Positions 1-10,173 of a DNA stretch of 41,840 nt are shown in pieces (the stretch's first letter is position 1; every line of letters starts with the position of its first letter). The notes under the pieces are model-generated. The model had not been told where the DNA came from. It worked only from the letters and a program-made list of their open reading frames with translations, and made no database searches. Origin of the DNA: a virus; UHGV virus genome UHGV-0211239; one strand, 5' to 3'. The translations under genes were made by a program, and so were the position numbers.

Positions 1-9
1 ATTGAGAAT

Positions 10-30
10 ATAGTAGAGTGCTTCTATCAT
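10..30. promoter_or_regulatory. Arc operator (Oarc) in the divergent Pant/Pmnt control region
   Basis: Sequence atagtagagtgcttctatcat is the reverse complement of the 21-bp P22 arc operator as I recall it (two symmetric TAGA boxes); lies between arc and mnt. Confidence 0.75.
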
Positions 31-57
31 GTCAATACACTAACTTGGGGTGATGGC

Positions 58-306
58 ATGGCTAGAGACGATCCGCACTTTAACTTCCGTATGCCTTTGG
101 AAGTAAGAGAAAAATTGAAATTAAGAGCAGAGGCTAACGGAAGGTCAATGAACTCTGAGTTATTACAAATCGTTCAGGATGCTCTCTCAAAGCCATCACC
201 GATTGCAGGCTATCGAGACGAAGCTGAACGCTTGGCTGATCAGCAAGCAGAAATTGTTAAGAAGATGGTGTTTGAAACCCTGAAAAAAATGTACGAGACC
301 AGATAG
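58..306 (+). CDS. mnt: Mnt repressor (ribbon-helix-helix, Arc/MetJ family)
   Basis: 82 aa; N-terminus MARDDPHFNFRMP..EVREKLK.RAEANGRSMNSELLQIVQDAL matches P22 Mnt; divergent from arc; SD ggggtga upstream. Confidence 0.9.
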   Translation: MARDDPHFNFRMPLEVREKLKLRAEANGRSMNSELLQIVQDALSKPSPIAGYRDEAERLADQQAEIVKKMVFETLKKMYETR

Positions 307-348
307 GTCAATGTTTGTTCGTTGATATAAAATAACAAGGTATACATT

Positions 349-948
349 GTGATTGAGATAGGCGTTATGGCCATCCTGAATCAAGAGCCAGGAAAAATTG
401 AAAACGTTTTTTCTGACATATCAACATCTATCGAGCGTTCAATTTCAGACTTTGATCGCAGTCATAGCGGCTCTTTGTCTAAAAAACAGGCTTCTGAAGC
501 TCTTAGCAAGATCTACTGCGTTATGTCACCTGTAGAGGAAGTTTGCAAAAAGTACATTACATTCATTGACATATTAAGTAATGGTACGGAAGAAGATATT
601 TCCTCACTTGATATTCAACATGACGATGTAGATATGTTGAACGATCAAATATCTAAGCTTGATTATGGTATCGCGAAACTGTTGTATACCTTCTTCATCG
701 CTGAGAACAGCGATGCGTGGAAGCCCCATATGTCAACTCTTACAACAATGAAAAACCACTCAATAAATACTTTTATAGAATACAAAAGGCTAACTATGGG
801 GCTTGTGACGCTAGCAATGCAGCACATACCACTATCATATGCTGAACCTGAAGAGTTCACTGAAGAAGAGTTGGCTTCATTCAAGAAATCAGTTGAAGAT
901 TCACATAAAAGATTTGGCATGGAAGCACCAAAATGGAAAACCGCATAA
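349..948 (+). CDS. Hypothetical protein (first gene of cluster at sieA position)
   Basis: 199-aa ORF, GTG start at 349 (alternative ATG at 367); no motif recognised; 3' end overlaps next ORF by 16 nt. Confidence 0.5.
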   Translation: MIEIGVMAILNQEPGKIENVFSDISTSIERSISDFDRSHSGSLSKKQASEALSKIYCVMSPVEEVCKKYITFIDILSNGTEEDISSLDIQHDDVDMLNDQISKLDYGIAKLLYTFFIAENSDAWKPHMSTLTTMKNHSINTFIEYKRLTMGLVTLAMQHIPLSYAEPEEFTEEELASFKKSVEDSHKRFGMEAPKWKTA

Positions 949-1352
949 GCATTGTTGTAGATGCAGCGGCTGGACCATTAGAACAATACTTTGCGAAGGC
1001 TCTTGCAAACTACAAAAACAGAGGCACCGTTTCAGCTTATCTTGGTAAGATTGGTGGGTTTGAGAGAAACCATCACGCCGTCTTATCGGGAATTTACAAG
1101 TCGCACATCAGGATCCCTGGAGTAGATGATCCTTGGTTAAAAACAACGCCAATACATCGTAGAGTTAGCGATAACTTTTTGATATTTGCGGTACACAACA
1201 CATATCCAATTCATATCCAGATCATTGCTATCATTAAACCTGATGGTCATGAGAAGGTAAAAAAACTATTGCCAGCCATCATTGATATAACTGAAAAAAG
1301 ATTCCAATCTCTAAATGAGAGGGAGCTTAACTCGTTGATTTCATACAAATAA
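933..1352 (+). CDS. Hypothetical protein; weak RelE/ParE-like beta-strand/His pattern near C-terminus (unverified)
   Basis: 139-aa ORF, ATG at 933 overlapping upstream gene; segment HRRVSDNFLIFAV...IHIQIIAIIKPDGHEK is reminiscent of toxin folds, by eye only. Confidence 0.45.
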   Translation: MENRISIVVDAAAGPLEQYFAKALANYKNRGTVSAYLGKIGGFERNHHAVLSGIYKSHIRIPGVDDPWLKTTPIHRRVSDNFLIFAVHNTYPIHIQIIAIIKPDGHEKVKKLLPAIIDITEKRFQSLNERELNSLISYK

Positions 1353-1374
1353 AATATCAACTAAGGGGGTTAGT

Positions 1375-1704
1375 GTGCTTGAATGGTTTCTGTTGGCTGC
1401 ATTAGTCGTTTCTGGTTTGGTGTATGAGTATCGAATGCACTCTCTAACAAAAAAAATAGGAATTCTAGAAAACGAATATTGTGCTCTCAAATCCTCACTG
1501 GAACGTGATCAAGGAGACTTAAAAATCTCTCTGTCTAGCATTGAGCGTTCTATAGAGAGCCTAGAGGATAAGGTTGATCGTATAAAGAATGAGGATATTC
1601 ATGATATTAAGGACGACATATCCTTCTTAAAATCTTGGTTGAAAAATGTTGGGAAAATTGCCACATCAACACGAGATAAGCTCAATCCATCCATGGATGA
1701 CTAA
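1375..1704 (+). CDS. Small membrane-anchored coiled-coil protein
   Basis: 109 aa, GTG start with SD aaggggg; N-terminal hydrophobic helix WFLLAALVVSGLVY then heptad-rich region; convergent with and abutting gene 16. Confidence 0.5.
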   Translation: MLEWFLLAALVVSGLVYEYRMHSLTKKIGILENEYCALKSSLERDQGDLKISLSSIERSIESLEDKVDRIKNEDIHDIKDDISFLKSWLKNVGKIATSTRDKLNPSMDD

Positions 1705-3825
1705 TTACTCCTGTGCCATTCCACTTAGCGATGCCACAATTCCAGCCCTTGCTAAACGCTGGAACTCTTCGTTTCCTAGTGCCTCGCGTATTGCTTTTAC
1801 GGCGGCCTTATTTGCCATAAATCTGCGTTCCGCCGCCGCTAATGCACCATCACTTGCCCCAACCTTAACTGCCTTTGTTGCCTCTTGAACAGCCTTTTCA
1901 ATAGCGTAACGACCGCTTCTAGTTGCGGATAATTTCGCTATCGCTCCTTTTGCCATTGCATCAATTGCTCCACCTGCAGCGCCACCCGCTATTGCTCCAA
2001 TAACGCCTCCTCCAGAGAACCCTGCGATAGTGCCAGTAGTTCTAAAAGCGCCAGACAATGCGCTCTCTAAAACTGGATGAAGGCCATTCTCAAGAGTGCT
2101 AATGGCTGGCATAGATCGCCCTGTCTGTTCAACATATCGAAGTGGCTTTGTTGCTGCTCTTGCAAGTTCTCCGTATGAACTTGTAATCCTGCCAAGTTCT
2201 GGAGAATATCGACTAATTGCCTTCACGTTTTGTGGGGTAAGAATAGTCGCGATATGCTTAATTCCAGCCTCTTCAGACTTACCTCCGCGTACCCCTTGCG
2301 ACATTGCATCTTGTAATATTGATGCAATTGCTGGCGCGCGTTCCGACTCAGGTAGGGCGCTTATTATTTTATGGAACTGACCTGTTCCACTTTTTGCTGA
2401 GCCCTGTAACGCCTTAGAGCCATTATTTACCAACTGATCAGTTGCAAGGTCTCTGCCAAACGCTGCTTCAGCCTGTTCTTGTGCTGTAAATCTTGCCTTT
2501 GACAGGTCATTAGCTTTTTGCCAGTCATCAAGAAAACCGCCATTTTGAGCCATTATGCGCATATCTTCCGTTGCTGCATCACGAAGCTCAGCCATGCGCC
2601 TTGCCGTATTTGCCTCACCAGACCTTATATACTTCTGCTCTGCGTCAGCAAGTTTACTTCGCCATGCCTTCATGGCATCAAACGTGATTCCTTTTTTACC
2701 AGTTTTAGCATAAGCAGATGCGAATTGTTTCATCTCAGGAGTTAGCGGCATGCCAGCCAAAATATCACCCTGAATTGTAGCGTTCAGGTTTGACATTCTG
2801 GCCTTTGCGTCAGGCATCGTGGAGCGGACGCTATCCCATGCGGCCTTTTCTGAATTTTTCATTTTATCAATGCTTGCCAAAACCCTCTGTTTTATGGCTG
2901 CACTTTTTTCTGATGCAGTTCCTGCTTCAGCCCCAAACTCATCCAATGCTGAGTTAAATTTCGACTCTATTTCACTGAATGCTTTGGTGTGTGCATCCTG
3001 TGTAATTCCGGGCTTTGACGCCAGAATCCCCTCCGCCTGAGCAAGACCACGACTACCTGATCTCATGCCAGGAGTTAATGCGTTGATATCTATTCCAGCA
3101 GTATCTGCTGCTTTTGCTATTTCGTCTGACACGTTAGCTGACTGTCTGGCAATAATCTCTCTTCCTGTACCAGACTTTGCCATTTTCGAAACATCATTAG
3201 CAGAATTCAGTGCTGCACCACCAAGAGCCTGTGAAACCCTTGGCGCAATAACGCGCCCGACACCTGAAAGAACGCCTTGAGCACCAATATTGATACCACC
3301 GTTAATGGCAGCATTTTGTGCAAAGTCGCCCTCCTGATTTGCAGCATCAGCAAGAGAACCTGCAATCATGTTTCCTGCGGAACCGATATCTCCAGCGAGC
3401 TTTGCTGGCGCTCCAGCAACTTTTGCCGCTGTGCCAATTGGCAGGAGATACCCACCAATTGTTTCACCGGCTTGCGCGTAAGGGTCTGTCGGTCGATCTA
3501 CTGGACGATAGACATCATCCAAAACCTTGGGGCCACCAAGCCCCTGACTGATTGCATTAATCAGACTTGCGCCACCCTGCAATACGTCAAATGGTATGTT
3601 TACCAGACCACGACCAGCCTGTTCTGCAATTTGCCCTGCACTTTGACCACCAGTGAGCCAGTCAGTAGCTTTTCCCACCAGAGATTGTTCTTCTGGCTGC
3701 GATTGGTTTTGAGTGGATTGATCACCAGAAGACAGCATCTGAGCAATGCGACGTGCTCCCTCAGTATCGCCGGCAGCATCAGCATTCCTTAACGCCGTCA
3801 TCAACTGTTCACGACTATAGGCCAT
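1705..3825 (-). CDS. Ejection (internal/injection) protein, P22 gp16-like
   Basis: 706 aa; last of the gp7-gp20-gp16 triplet downstream of gp14; Ala/Gly-rich low-complexity composition. Confidence 0.8.
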   Translation of the reverse strand: MAYSREQLMTALRNADAAGDTEGARRIAQMLSSGDQSTQNQSQPEEQSLVGKATDWLTGGQSAGQIAEQAGRGLVNIPFDVLQGGASLINAISQGLGGPKVLDDVYRPVDRPTDPYAQAGETIGGYLLPIGTAAKVAGAPAKLAGDIGSAGNMIAGSLADAANQEGDFAQNAAINGGINIGAQGVLSGVGRVIAPRVSQALGGAALNSANDVSKMAKSGTGREIIARQSANVSDEIAKAADTAGIDINALTPGMRSGSRGLAQAEGILASKPGITQDAHTKAFSEIESKFNSALDEFGAEAGTASEKSAAIKQRVLASIDKMKNSEKAAWDSVRSTMPDAKARMSNLNATIQGDILAGMPLTPEMKQFASAYAKTGKKGITFDAMKAWRSKLADAEQKYIRSGEANTARRMAELRDAATEDMRIMAQNGGFLDDWQKANDLSKARFTAQEQAEAAFGRDLATDQLVNNGSKALQGSAKSGTGQFHKIISALPESERAPAIASILQDAMSQGVRGGKSEEAGIKHIATILTPQNVKAISRYSPELGRITSSYGELARAATKPLRYVEQTGRSMPAISTLENGLHPVLESALSGAFRTTGTIAGFSGGGVIGAIAGGAAGGAIDAMAKGAIAKLSATRSGRYAIEKAVQEATKAVKVGASDGALAAAERRFMANKAAVKAIREALGNEEFQRLARAGIVASLSGMAQE

Positions 3826-5201
3826 TACTGCCCTCCGAGATATTTGCTAATTAATTCGTCATCGGACAATTGCTGTTGAGGTTGGCTATCGCCATAACTT
3901 GAGGAAAGAAAACGTTTTGCCGCAGAGTTCAATGATTCACCCTTCTTAACATCCATCCCCATGATGTTTCGGTTGCGATCAGATTGTCCTGGGCTGCCAT
4001 TTGCACTCATCCACTCTGACCTAAACTCGTTGAACTTCGCGTTATTACTTTCCATTTTTGCCATACCCCTTAACCATCGAGCCATGACCATTGGATTATC
4101 CGTTTCGCTTGGAATGCCTTTCCTTGCAAACTCAATATCCTTATCTGATGCAGGGCCGGGAGGGAGAAGCTTGGTTGCCTGCGCATTGGCTAGTTGGTTG
4201 AATCTAATCCGCATATCTCGGAGGTAGTTATCTTGCCCCGTAAGCTTAGTGAACATATTTTCAGCGTTACCGAACAAACCAGGAGTTGGCTTCTCCTTCT
4301 CAAGCGTGTCAGCAAGCGTTGTCATTGAATCGGCAGCATTACGACTAGCTGCCGCATCACCTGCTGATTTTTCTATAGCCTTTTCCATGTTCACGGATAG
4401 TTTTGGCGCAGCATTAATAAGTTCATCGGCCTTCTTTTGTGCCTGTTGTACTTCAAAACCGAATTTCTGCTTATCAAGTGCCAGTCTTTCTGCTGCAAGT
4501 CCGTGTCCTGTCATTGCTGACTGATAGGAAAGGTTTTGCCCTCTCGCCTGAAGTGCTTCTCCAGCCTGATTGCTGCGGATTGTCTCTGCCAGCCTACCTC
4601 GGTCAATCTCACGACCTGCCATCTTGTCCTGAACATTGAAGTAATCAATCGGACCAAGAGCAGCCATCCCAAGGTGATCAACAAACTCACCAAATCCTGA
4701 AGGATTCTGCTGATACATCTGAGCAACGTTGTTAGGATCAACACCGACGCGCGCCAGTTCCTTGGCGTTGTTTTGCAGCCATGATTGCATTGCTTCTGGA
4801 GACGATGATGCAAGGCGTGCGCCAGCCGCTAATGTGCCGATAGAATTGCGCTGGTCTTCATCAATGAATCCCATGCCTTTACGAACAGATTCAATCTGGT
4901 CTGGATATTGAGTAGCCAACTGACGCAAAGCACCGCGATCACCAGACGCATAAGCATTAGCGTATGCCTGCTGAAATTCTTTCTGCCGCTGAGCCTGCTT
5001 TTCCTGCTGAAAAACACCCGCAATACCTGAAATACCTTGCAAAGCAGTCAACCCAATATTATTGGCTCCTGAACGCTCAATATCATTGTTCTGCCTGATA
5101 AGCTGAAGCGTATTGCCGATGTCATTTACGCTCGGAGCGTTTGAGTTCACACCACCGATACCGGCCAACAATCCGCCATTTGATCCTTGCCAAGTAGCCA
5201 T
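3825..5201 (-). CDS. Ejection protein, P22 gp20-like
   Basis: 458 aa; position between gp7 and gp16 homologs; start overlaps gp16 stop. Confidence 0.8.
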   Translation of the reverse strand: MATWQGSNGGLLAGIGGVNSNAPSVNDIGNTLQLIRQNNDIERSGANNIGLTALQGISGIAGVFQQEKQAQRQKEFQQAYANAYASGDRGALRQLATQYPDQIESVRKGMGFIDEDQRNSIGTLAAGARLASSSPEAMQSWLQNNAKELARVGVDPNNVAQMYQQNPSGFGEFVDHLGMAALGPIDYFNVQDKMAGREIDRGRLAETIRSNQAGEALQARGQNLSYQSAMTGHGLAAERLALDKQKFGFEVQQAQKKADELINAAPKLSVNMEKAIEKSAGDAAASRNAADSMTTLADTLEKEKPTPGLFGNAENMFTKLTGQDNYLRDMRIRFNQLANAQATKLLPPGPASDKDIEFARKGIPSETDNPMVMARWLRGMAKMESNNAKFNEFRSEWMSANGSPGQSDRNRNIMGMDVKKGESLNSAAKRFLSSSYGDSQPQQQLSDDELISKYLGGQ

Positions 5202-5210
5202 GATTCCCCC

Positions 5211-5906
5211 TTAAAACAACGAGCCAAGCAGGCCAAGTCCGCCGCCAATTGCCGCACCTAATCCAGTGCCAAGTCCGGGAACAATAGAGCCAAGAGCAGC
5301 GCCAGTCATAGCTCCTGAAGCTCCGCCGCTAATTGCTGTCTGAAGGCCTGATGGTTTATTGGCGTTAGCAGCGGCAAGAGCTGCGCTTTGCTGTGCAATG
5401 CTGCTCATGTTGTTGGCGTATGTCTGCCCGGCGTTCGCCTGACCTTGCAGCGCACCAAGGCCAATGTTTGCCAGATTGTTGTAGTTGCTCATCTGGTTTG
5501 ATAACCACGACTGACCGAGAGTCGGAGCAATCGTAGCCAGTTGATTGCTTGTGGCTGTCGAACCAAGTCCCCCCGTCGCCTCCGCAGCAGCAAGATTCTG
5601 GTAGCGAGCCTGACCTGCCAAGTCTTTATACTGCTGAGAGTTGTAATACTGATTAAGTGCCTGCTCCTGACCTTCTAAACTGGAAAGATTCTGAAGCTGG
5701 TTAACATACTGCTCCGCAAGCGGCGTGAACGGAGCAAGGTTTTTCATGATCGTCTGCCACTGTTGATTTTGCAGGTCTGCGGCATACTTCTGAGCTTCTG
5801 CGGCATACTTTGCACTTTTATCAGAACTGCCACCTTTACCGCCTTTTTCAGGGCAATAAGGTTCCTCGCCGCGCAGTTTTCTGCCCAGCTTAAATGCATA
5901 TAACAT
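5211..5906 (-). CDS. Ejection protein, P22 gp7-like
   Basis: 231 aa (P22 gp7 about 229 aa); Gln/Asn/Ala-rich with Gly-rich hydrophobic C-terminus; synteny. Confidence 0.8.
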   Translation of the reverse strand: MLYAFKLGRKLRGEEPYCPEKGGKGGSSDKSAKYAAEAQKYAADLQNQQWQTIMKNLAPFTPLAEQYVNQLQNLSSLEGQEQALNQYYNSQQYKDLAGQARYQNLAAAEATGGLGSTATSNQLATIAPTLGQSWLSNQMSNYNNLANIGLGALQGQANAGQTYANNMSSIAQQSAALAAANANKPSGLQTAISGGASGAMTGAALGSIVPGLGTGLGAAIGGGLGLLGSLF

Positions 5907-5908
5907 GG

Positions 5909-6367
5909 CTATCTCCCGTGATTCAGGAAGTCGATTAGTTCTTCGCGTGTGGCGCTGTAAAACGTCACGTCATCCACGCCTTTGAAGTATTTCTTGATGG
6001 TTCCTACACGCTTAAGGCCAATCATTGCGCAGTACATCTGCCCGTGGCGGAATTTGCGTGCGGCGAACGATGTGACGCACTGAACGGTGGTGTTAGTCAG
6101 AATGTATCGCCAGAACGCCAGACCGATTTCCTTGCTGAATCCACGAACCTCTGGCAGGTACATGGCGTGGCAATCGAATGTAAGCGGCTGAATCTCCTGA
6201 TAGTAAACAATGCCGCCGAACTGCCCGTGCACGTTCACCTCGAAGTAACGGCATTCAGGCTTGTAGTCGTATCCATCACCGTTGTTGCTCCCGGCGATAA
6301 TGTCGGGGTGATTTCCCACGGCTTCTATCAGGTCGATGTTTCGCGTTGGTTTGAACTGAATCATCAC
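5909..6367 (-). CDS. Head-completion/DNA-stabilisation protein, P22 gp14-like
   Basis: 152 aa ORF between tail needle and gp7; assigned by synteny. Confidence 0.65.
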   Translation of the reverse strand: MMIQFKPTRNIDLIEAVGNHPDIIAGSNNGDGYDYKPECRYFEVNVHGQFGGIVYYQEIQPLTFDCHAMYLPEVRGFSKEIGLAFWRYILTNTTVQCVTSFAARKFRHGQMYCAMIGLKRVGTIKKYFKGVDDVTFYSATREELIDFLNHGR

Positions 6368-7317
6368 TGCTCCGCGATTATCTTGATGGTTGTGGCAGTA
6401 AACGCCGCACCATTCGACTGAATGGTTAACGTACTGCCATTTGTGGCAAGAAATCCGTCTTTATCCACGCTGAAGAATGTAGCTAACAGGATGTTGTCGG
6501 TTGTTGTCGCCGCATTACGACTGCTGACCAGCGTATCAGGAACAGAGCCGGAAAAAGTTAGCTGCATTGACCTGTTGGCGGTTCCGCTGGGCCACGTCCC
6601 GACGATCGACAGCTTGAAGAACAAGGTTTTGTTCTCGTTGAACACAACCATCTTGTTGTTAACGGTGTCGAAGAATGGTGCCAACGTGCCGGATGACGGC
6701 GTGAGCGTTTTCAGCAGGCTAACAAGGTTGGTAGGCGCTGTCGGAATTGTTACCGATACCCCTGAGTAAACAACCTCTGATTTCTTGCGCGTGGTGGCAT
6801 ACTCAAGCGCAGATATTCTTGTTGAGTGATCACCAACTGTGCTTTGTAGCGTCGAAATACTTCCCTCTGCCGCTGTGAGCCTGGTATCAAGTGCGTCGAT
6901 ATCGGTTGTATTCTGAGTTATGCGCGCATCATGGTTTGCTAACTCAGATTCATTGGCAGCAATTCGCGTCTCGTGATCAGCCAGCTCTGTTTCAGCAGCC
7001 GTAATCCTTGTTTCATGATCTGCAAGAGTGCTTTCCGCTGCTGCAATTCTATGTTCATGATTGATGAGAGTTGCTTCAGCAGCTTCAATTCTGGATTCAT
7101 GGTCTGCAAGGGTGACATCCTGCTCATCGTTCCTGACCTGTGCATCATAAGCGCCCTGTCCGGCCTCGTTGGCTTTGTTAGCCACGTTACCAACATCAGT
7201 GCCCTGTGCGATAACGTAAAGCAGATACGACTGCGAGAAGATATTGCGTGGAAGGACTGATGTGTCGAGCCGTGTGGCCTGAATGATTACCGGAACATTG
7301 AGATTCGAATCCGCCAT
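6364..7317 (-). CDS. Tail needle (P22 gp26-like) with extended coiled coil and C-terminal knob domain
   Basis: 317 aa; N-terminus [43 protein letters not shown] matches gp26 N-terminal domain; heptad repeats (ADHETRI motif several times); about 130-aa C-terminal extension. Confidence 0.8.
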   Translation of the reverse strand: MADSNLNVPVIIQATRLDTSVLPRNIFSQSYLLYVIAQGTDVGNVANKANEAGQGAYDAQVRNDEQDVTLADHESRIEAAEATLINHEHRIAAAESTLADHETRITAAETELADHETRIAANESELANHDARITQNTTDIDALDTRLTAAEGSISTLQSTVGDHSTRISALEYATTRKKSEVVYSGVSVTIPTAPTNLVSLLKTLTPSSGTLAPFFDTVNNKMVVFNENKTLFFKLSIVGTWPSGTANRSMQLTFSGSVPDTLVSSRNAATTTDNILLATFFSVDKDGFLATNGSTLTIQSNGAAFTATTIKIIAEQ

Positions 7318-8735
7318 TACTCAATCCTTATCTGAGCGCCAGACAGAGTGACAGGTGACTTCGTGATAACGCGCAATTTGAAACCAATGTTTTTCCTGAT
7401 GCGCCCTACTTTCTTCCACAAAACGCGTTTGTCGTAAACGAACGGTTCATTCTGCTCAATCATCTGCTCACGACCGTAATTTATGCCGTCAGTGGTTGCA
7501 GAGAGAAAAAGGCGGTCAGCGTACTGAGCAACACCCGTCGATGATTCCACCTCCAGATCAAAGCATCTGGCGTTATCTGCTTTGAAGAGTGGAGTAAACA
7601 GCAGGTGTTCCTGCTGCTTGTCATACTGGCTGCTGATATCGAACTGCAATTTCCCGGTCACGGATTCCAGCTTATCGCCGCACGTTATCTGATTGCCTTC
7701 GTAAATGAAGTCGATAGCACGGTACACATCGTCATACAAGCCAGTTTTCAACACACACCATTGCGGACCATTGGCGCTTGAAGATGCGTCGTACACGAGA
7801 ACATGGCGCGGAAGGTGGATAATCAGCAACTCATGAGCATCAAATCGCAGCGATTCCATCACACCATCAGCCAGTTCATCAGCAGTGTAGGAGCGGAGGA
7901 TTTTCTCAATGCTCGCGCTGGCGATTGGTGACACCTGACCGGAGCCGATGATGTATACAGACGGCGCACCTGTTGCCGGATTGCTGATGAACGCATACGA
8001 GTCAGCGAATGGCGTTTTGCAGTAAGTCCCGGCGATGCCTTTTTGCACCATCAGTGATGGCTGTGCGACATACAAAGCTGCACCAACGGTGGTTGCACCA
8101 GTCAGGGAGAAATATTCAATCGTCGATGAACCAAAGCAGACGATGAAGTCTCGCCATGTGCCGATGCCGATGATGCCGTCCGGCTGCGATTCTGCGCGAT
8201 ATTGTGCGCTGTAGCGGTCAGGATGCGATTCGTCTTCAAGATCAGTGATAAACCATGAATCAGTTCCGTCTTTTGACCACGCATAACGCCCACGTAAGCG
8301 CGTAATATCGCGGACTGAGCCTAACTCATACTGAGTGAATCCGCTGTCTGTAGGCCAGTTTGAGACGGTTTTAACCGTGCCATCATAGCGATACTCGACC
8401 AGTTGACCATTAACGCCTACCGCCTGTGATGTCCTACCATGCGCCATTGATACGCGACCACTTCCGGAGACGTCACCGACTTCGCTTTCGCCTTTGTAAA
8501 GCTTCCCACCACACACGCGATAAACAGCACTCTGCGCCATGTTGTACTCGACGCCGCGAGATACACCGTTCACATCAGAGCGTTTGGCAATGCCAGGGAA
8601 TGAGCGAAGATATCCCGATGAATTCAACACCTCCTTGGGCGTAGCTAAAAGATTGACTGGAAGTTGGTCTATATAATCAGCATTAACCGCACTTTTCCCT
8701 AATCCCTTCATTAGTGGTAGTTGTTGTATTGCCAT
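7317..8735 (-). CDS. Tail accessory/head-completion protein, P22 gp10-like
   Basis: Start set to ATG at 8735 ([14 protein letters not shown]...); the track start at 8744 is TTG; stop overlaps gp26 start (TAATG). Confidence 0.85.
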   Translation of the reverse strand: MAIQQLPLMKGLGKSAVNADYIDQLPVNLLATPKEVLNSSGYLRSFPGIAKRSDVNGVSRGVEYNMAQSAVYRVCGGKLYKGESEVGDVSGSGRVSMAHGRTSQAVGVNGQLVEYRYDGTVKTVSNWPTDSGFTQYELGSVRDITRLRGRYAWSKDGTDSWFITDLEDESHPDRYSAQYRAESQPDGIIGIGTWRDFIVCFGSSTIEYFSLTGATTVGAALYVAQPSLMVQKGIAGTYCKTPFADSYAFISNPATGAPSVYIIGSGQVSPIASASIEKILRSYTADELADGVMESLRFDAHELLIIHLPRHVLVYDASSSANGPQWCVLKTGLYDDVYRAIDFIYEGNQITCGDKLESVTGKLQFDISSQYDKQQEHLLFTPLFKADNARCFDLEVESSTGVAQYADRLFLSATTDGINYGREQMIEQNEPFVYDKRVLWKKVGRIRKNIGFKLRVITKSPVTLSGAQIRIE

Positions 8736-9267
8736 TGGAATCAACCTTTATATGAACCCAGTTAGCATCACGCTTTAGCCTACTTGCCCAAGTCTTAGAT
8801 ATCCCGTACTTAGCCGCAATTACTGACAAGCTTTCTTTTGATGACTTGATTGCAAGAACATCGTCATCACTCAACTTGTGTTTTGGGTGCTTGGTTCCGA
8901 AAAACTTGATTGGTTTCTTTAATCCTGTGGCGTATGCATGTTTGATGTTTTCGCTTTGAGTGCACCACTCAAGATTATTGACGTTATTATTGAGTGGATT
9001 GCCATCAATATGATTTACCTGAGGCTTGTTTTCAGGATTTGGCAGGAATGTCATTGCAACGATTCGATGGGCAAAAGTCCATTTTGCTCCGATATTATAA
9101 AGCACCCTTCCCTGATTTATTTTAGGCTTTAACCAGCGCCCCTTTCTGAGTTGCGTGCTGCCATGCGCAGCCTTAACAACACGTGAGTGAGAATACACCC
9201 TGCCATCTTCTGTTACGGCATAAACACCTTCAAATCCAGGTATATCTTTAGCATTCTCAGAAAGCAT
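8683..9267 (-). CDS. HNH homing endonuclease (NUMOD4 - HNH - C-terminal HTH)
   Basis: 194 aa; GFEGVYAVTEDGRVYS (NUMOD4-like), HIDGNPLNNNVNNLEW...N (HNH), C-terminal DDDVLAIKSS..LSVIAAKYGISKTWASRLKR (HTH); SD aaggag; 3' end overlaps gp10 start in another frame. Confidence 0.8.
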   Translation of the reverse strand: MLSENAKDIPGFEGVYAVTEDGRVYSHSRVVKAAHGSTQLRKGRWLKPKINQGRVLYNIGAKWTFAHRIVAMTFLPNPENKPQVNHIDGNPLNNNVNNLEWCTQSENIKHAYATGLKKPIKFFGTKHPKHKLSDDDVLAIKSSKESLSVIAAKYGISKTWASRLKRDANWVHIKVDSNGNTTTTTNEGIREKCG

Positions 9268-9303
9268 ATCTACTCCTTAAAGTTTCGATTTTTCATGTAC
9301 TTA

Positions 9304-9408
9304 TTATATCAAAATTGCCAGCATATTCACTGGCAGATAGTCGATATAGTCAGCGTTTCGAAAGTCTTTGCCGACACCTTTCATAAGCGGAAGTTGCTGA
9401 ATCGGCAT
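9304..9408 (-). pseudogene. Duplicated 5' fragment of gene 10 (34 codons then stop)
   Basis: Translates [34 protein letters not shown], paralogous to the intact gp10 N-terminus; ATG abuts the gp4 stop as expected for the native gene 4-10 junction. Confidence 0.7.
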
Positions 9409-9909
9409 TTATTCGCTCCCGTTATCGCAAGGTTCCTTTCGGTGGAAGTAATTCCAACCGTTCCACTTCGCCAACTGATTACCGCTACCAACAGGCATAC
9501 GGTTTGGATAACCGGACTTACATTTAGCGGCTTTTGCTCTGTCCATTGCAGACAGTTTGACGAGTCGCTCTTTCCCGTATCTGGCAGTGGTTATAAGTTT
9601 TGCAGACGCTTCCAGCGCATAATCTGGAGCAATGCGGCAGGCAAGGTTGAAAATGACGGCATTGATAGCGTTATTTGACAAACCGTGCTCATCGCCAGGA
9701 TCCGGAGCGACATCTGCATCAGCGAAAATGTAGCCAACGTTGATACCAGGTGACGCATCACCGCCAAGCCATTCAGCCATCATCATTTCAAGGTCGTTGA
9801 CGCCGTCTTCCATAGACTGCGGTTCGACATCGGTTAACGTGGCATTTGATGCAACACCGAGCTTACGTAATGCTGCAAGGACTAAATCACCCTTCGTTGT
9901 CAGGTTCAT
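9409..9909 (-). CDS. Tail accessory/head-completion protein, P22 gp4-like
   Basis: Start re-set to internal ATG ([33 protein letters not shown]...) giving about 166 aa as in P22 gp4. Confidence 0.8.
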   Translation of the reverse strand: MNLTTKGDLVLAALRKLGVASNATLTDVEPQSMEDGVNDLEMMMAEWLGGDASPGINVGYIFADADVAPDPGDEHGLSNNAINAVIFNLACRIAPDYALEASAKLITTARYGKERLVKLSAMDRAKAAKCKSGYPNRMPVGSGNQLAKWNGWNYFHRKEPCDNGSE

Positions 9910-10129
9910 CTGCTGCCGCCTTAGGTTTTCGACCAGGCTTTTTACGCTGTTTTTCTTCTGGCTCTGGCTCTGGCTCTGACTCTGCAACATCCTTCAGAAG
10001 GTCATCGGGATGTGCAAACCAGCCAGCATCCAGATATTCCTGAAGCTCTTCGGCTTTCACGATTTCAAAGTCGTATCCAACGCCTTTCCACTTCTTCATG
10101 TCTCCATGACGAAAGATCATGTGTGTCAT
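9887..10129 (-). CDS. Small acidic hypothetical protein between coat and gene 4
   Basis: About 80 aa from ATG at 10129 ([14 protein letters not shown]...), SD ggaga; C-terminus has (EP)n encoded by a hexanucleotide repeat; overlaps gp4 start. Confidence 0.4.
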   Translation of the reverse strand: MTHMIFRHGDMKKWKGVGYDFEIVKAEELQEYLDAGWFAHPDDLLKDVAESEPEPEPEEKQRKKPGRKPKAAADEPDNEG

Positions 10130-10144
10130 GCTTGTCTCCAGATA

Positions 10145-10166
10145 AAAAAGGGAGCCGAAGCTCCCT
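10145..10166 (-). terminator. Intrinsic terminator/attenuator after coat gene
   Basis: Minus-strand RNA gggagc-uucg-gcuccc followed by UUUUUU, directly after the coat stop. Confidence 0.6.
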
Positions 10167-10173
10167 CTGGTTA

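Noticed and set aside
1646-5023. Numerous plus-strand ORFs of 60-170 aa inside the ejection-protein genes
   Set aside because: Antisense to long, well-supported genes and with Ala/Ser/Cys-rich artefactual translations typical of GC-rich antisense frames.
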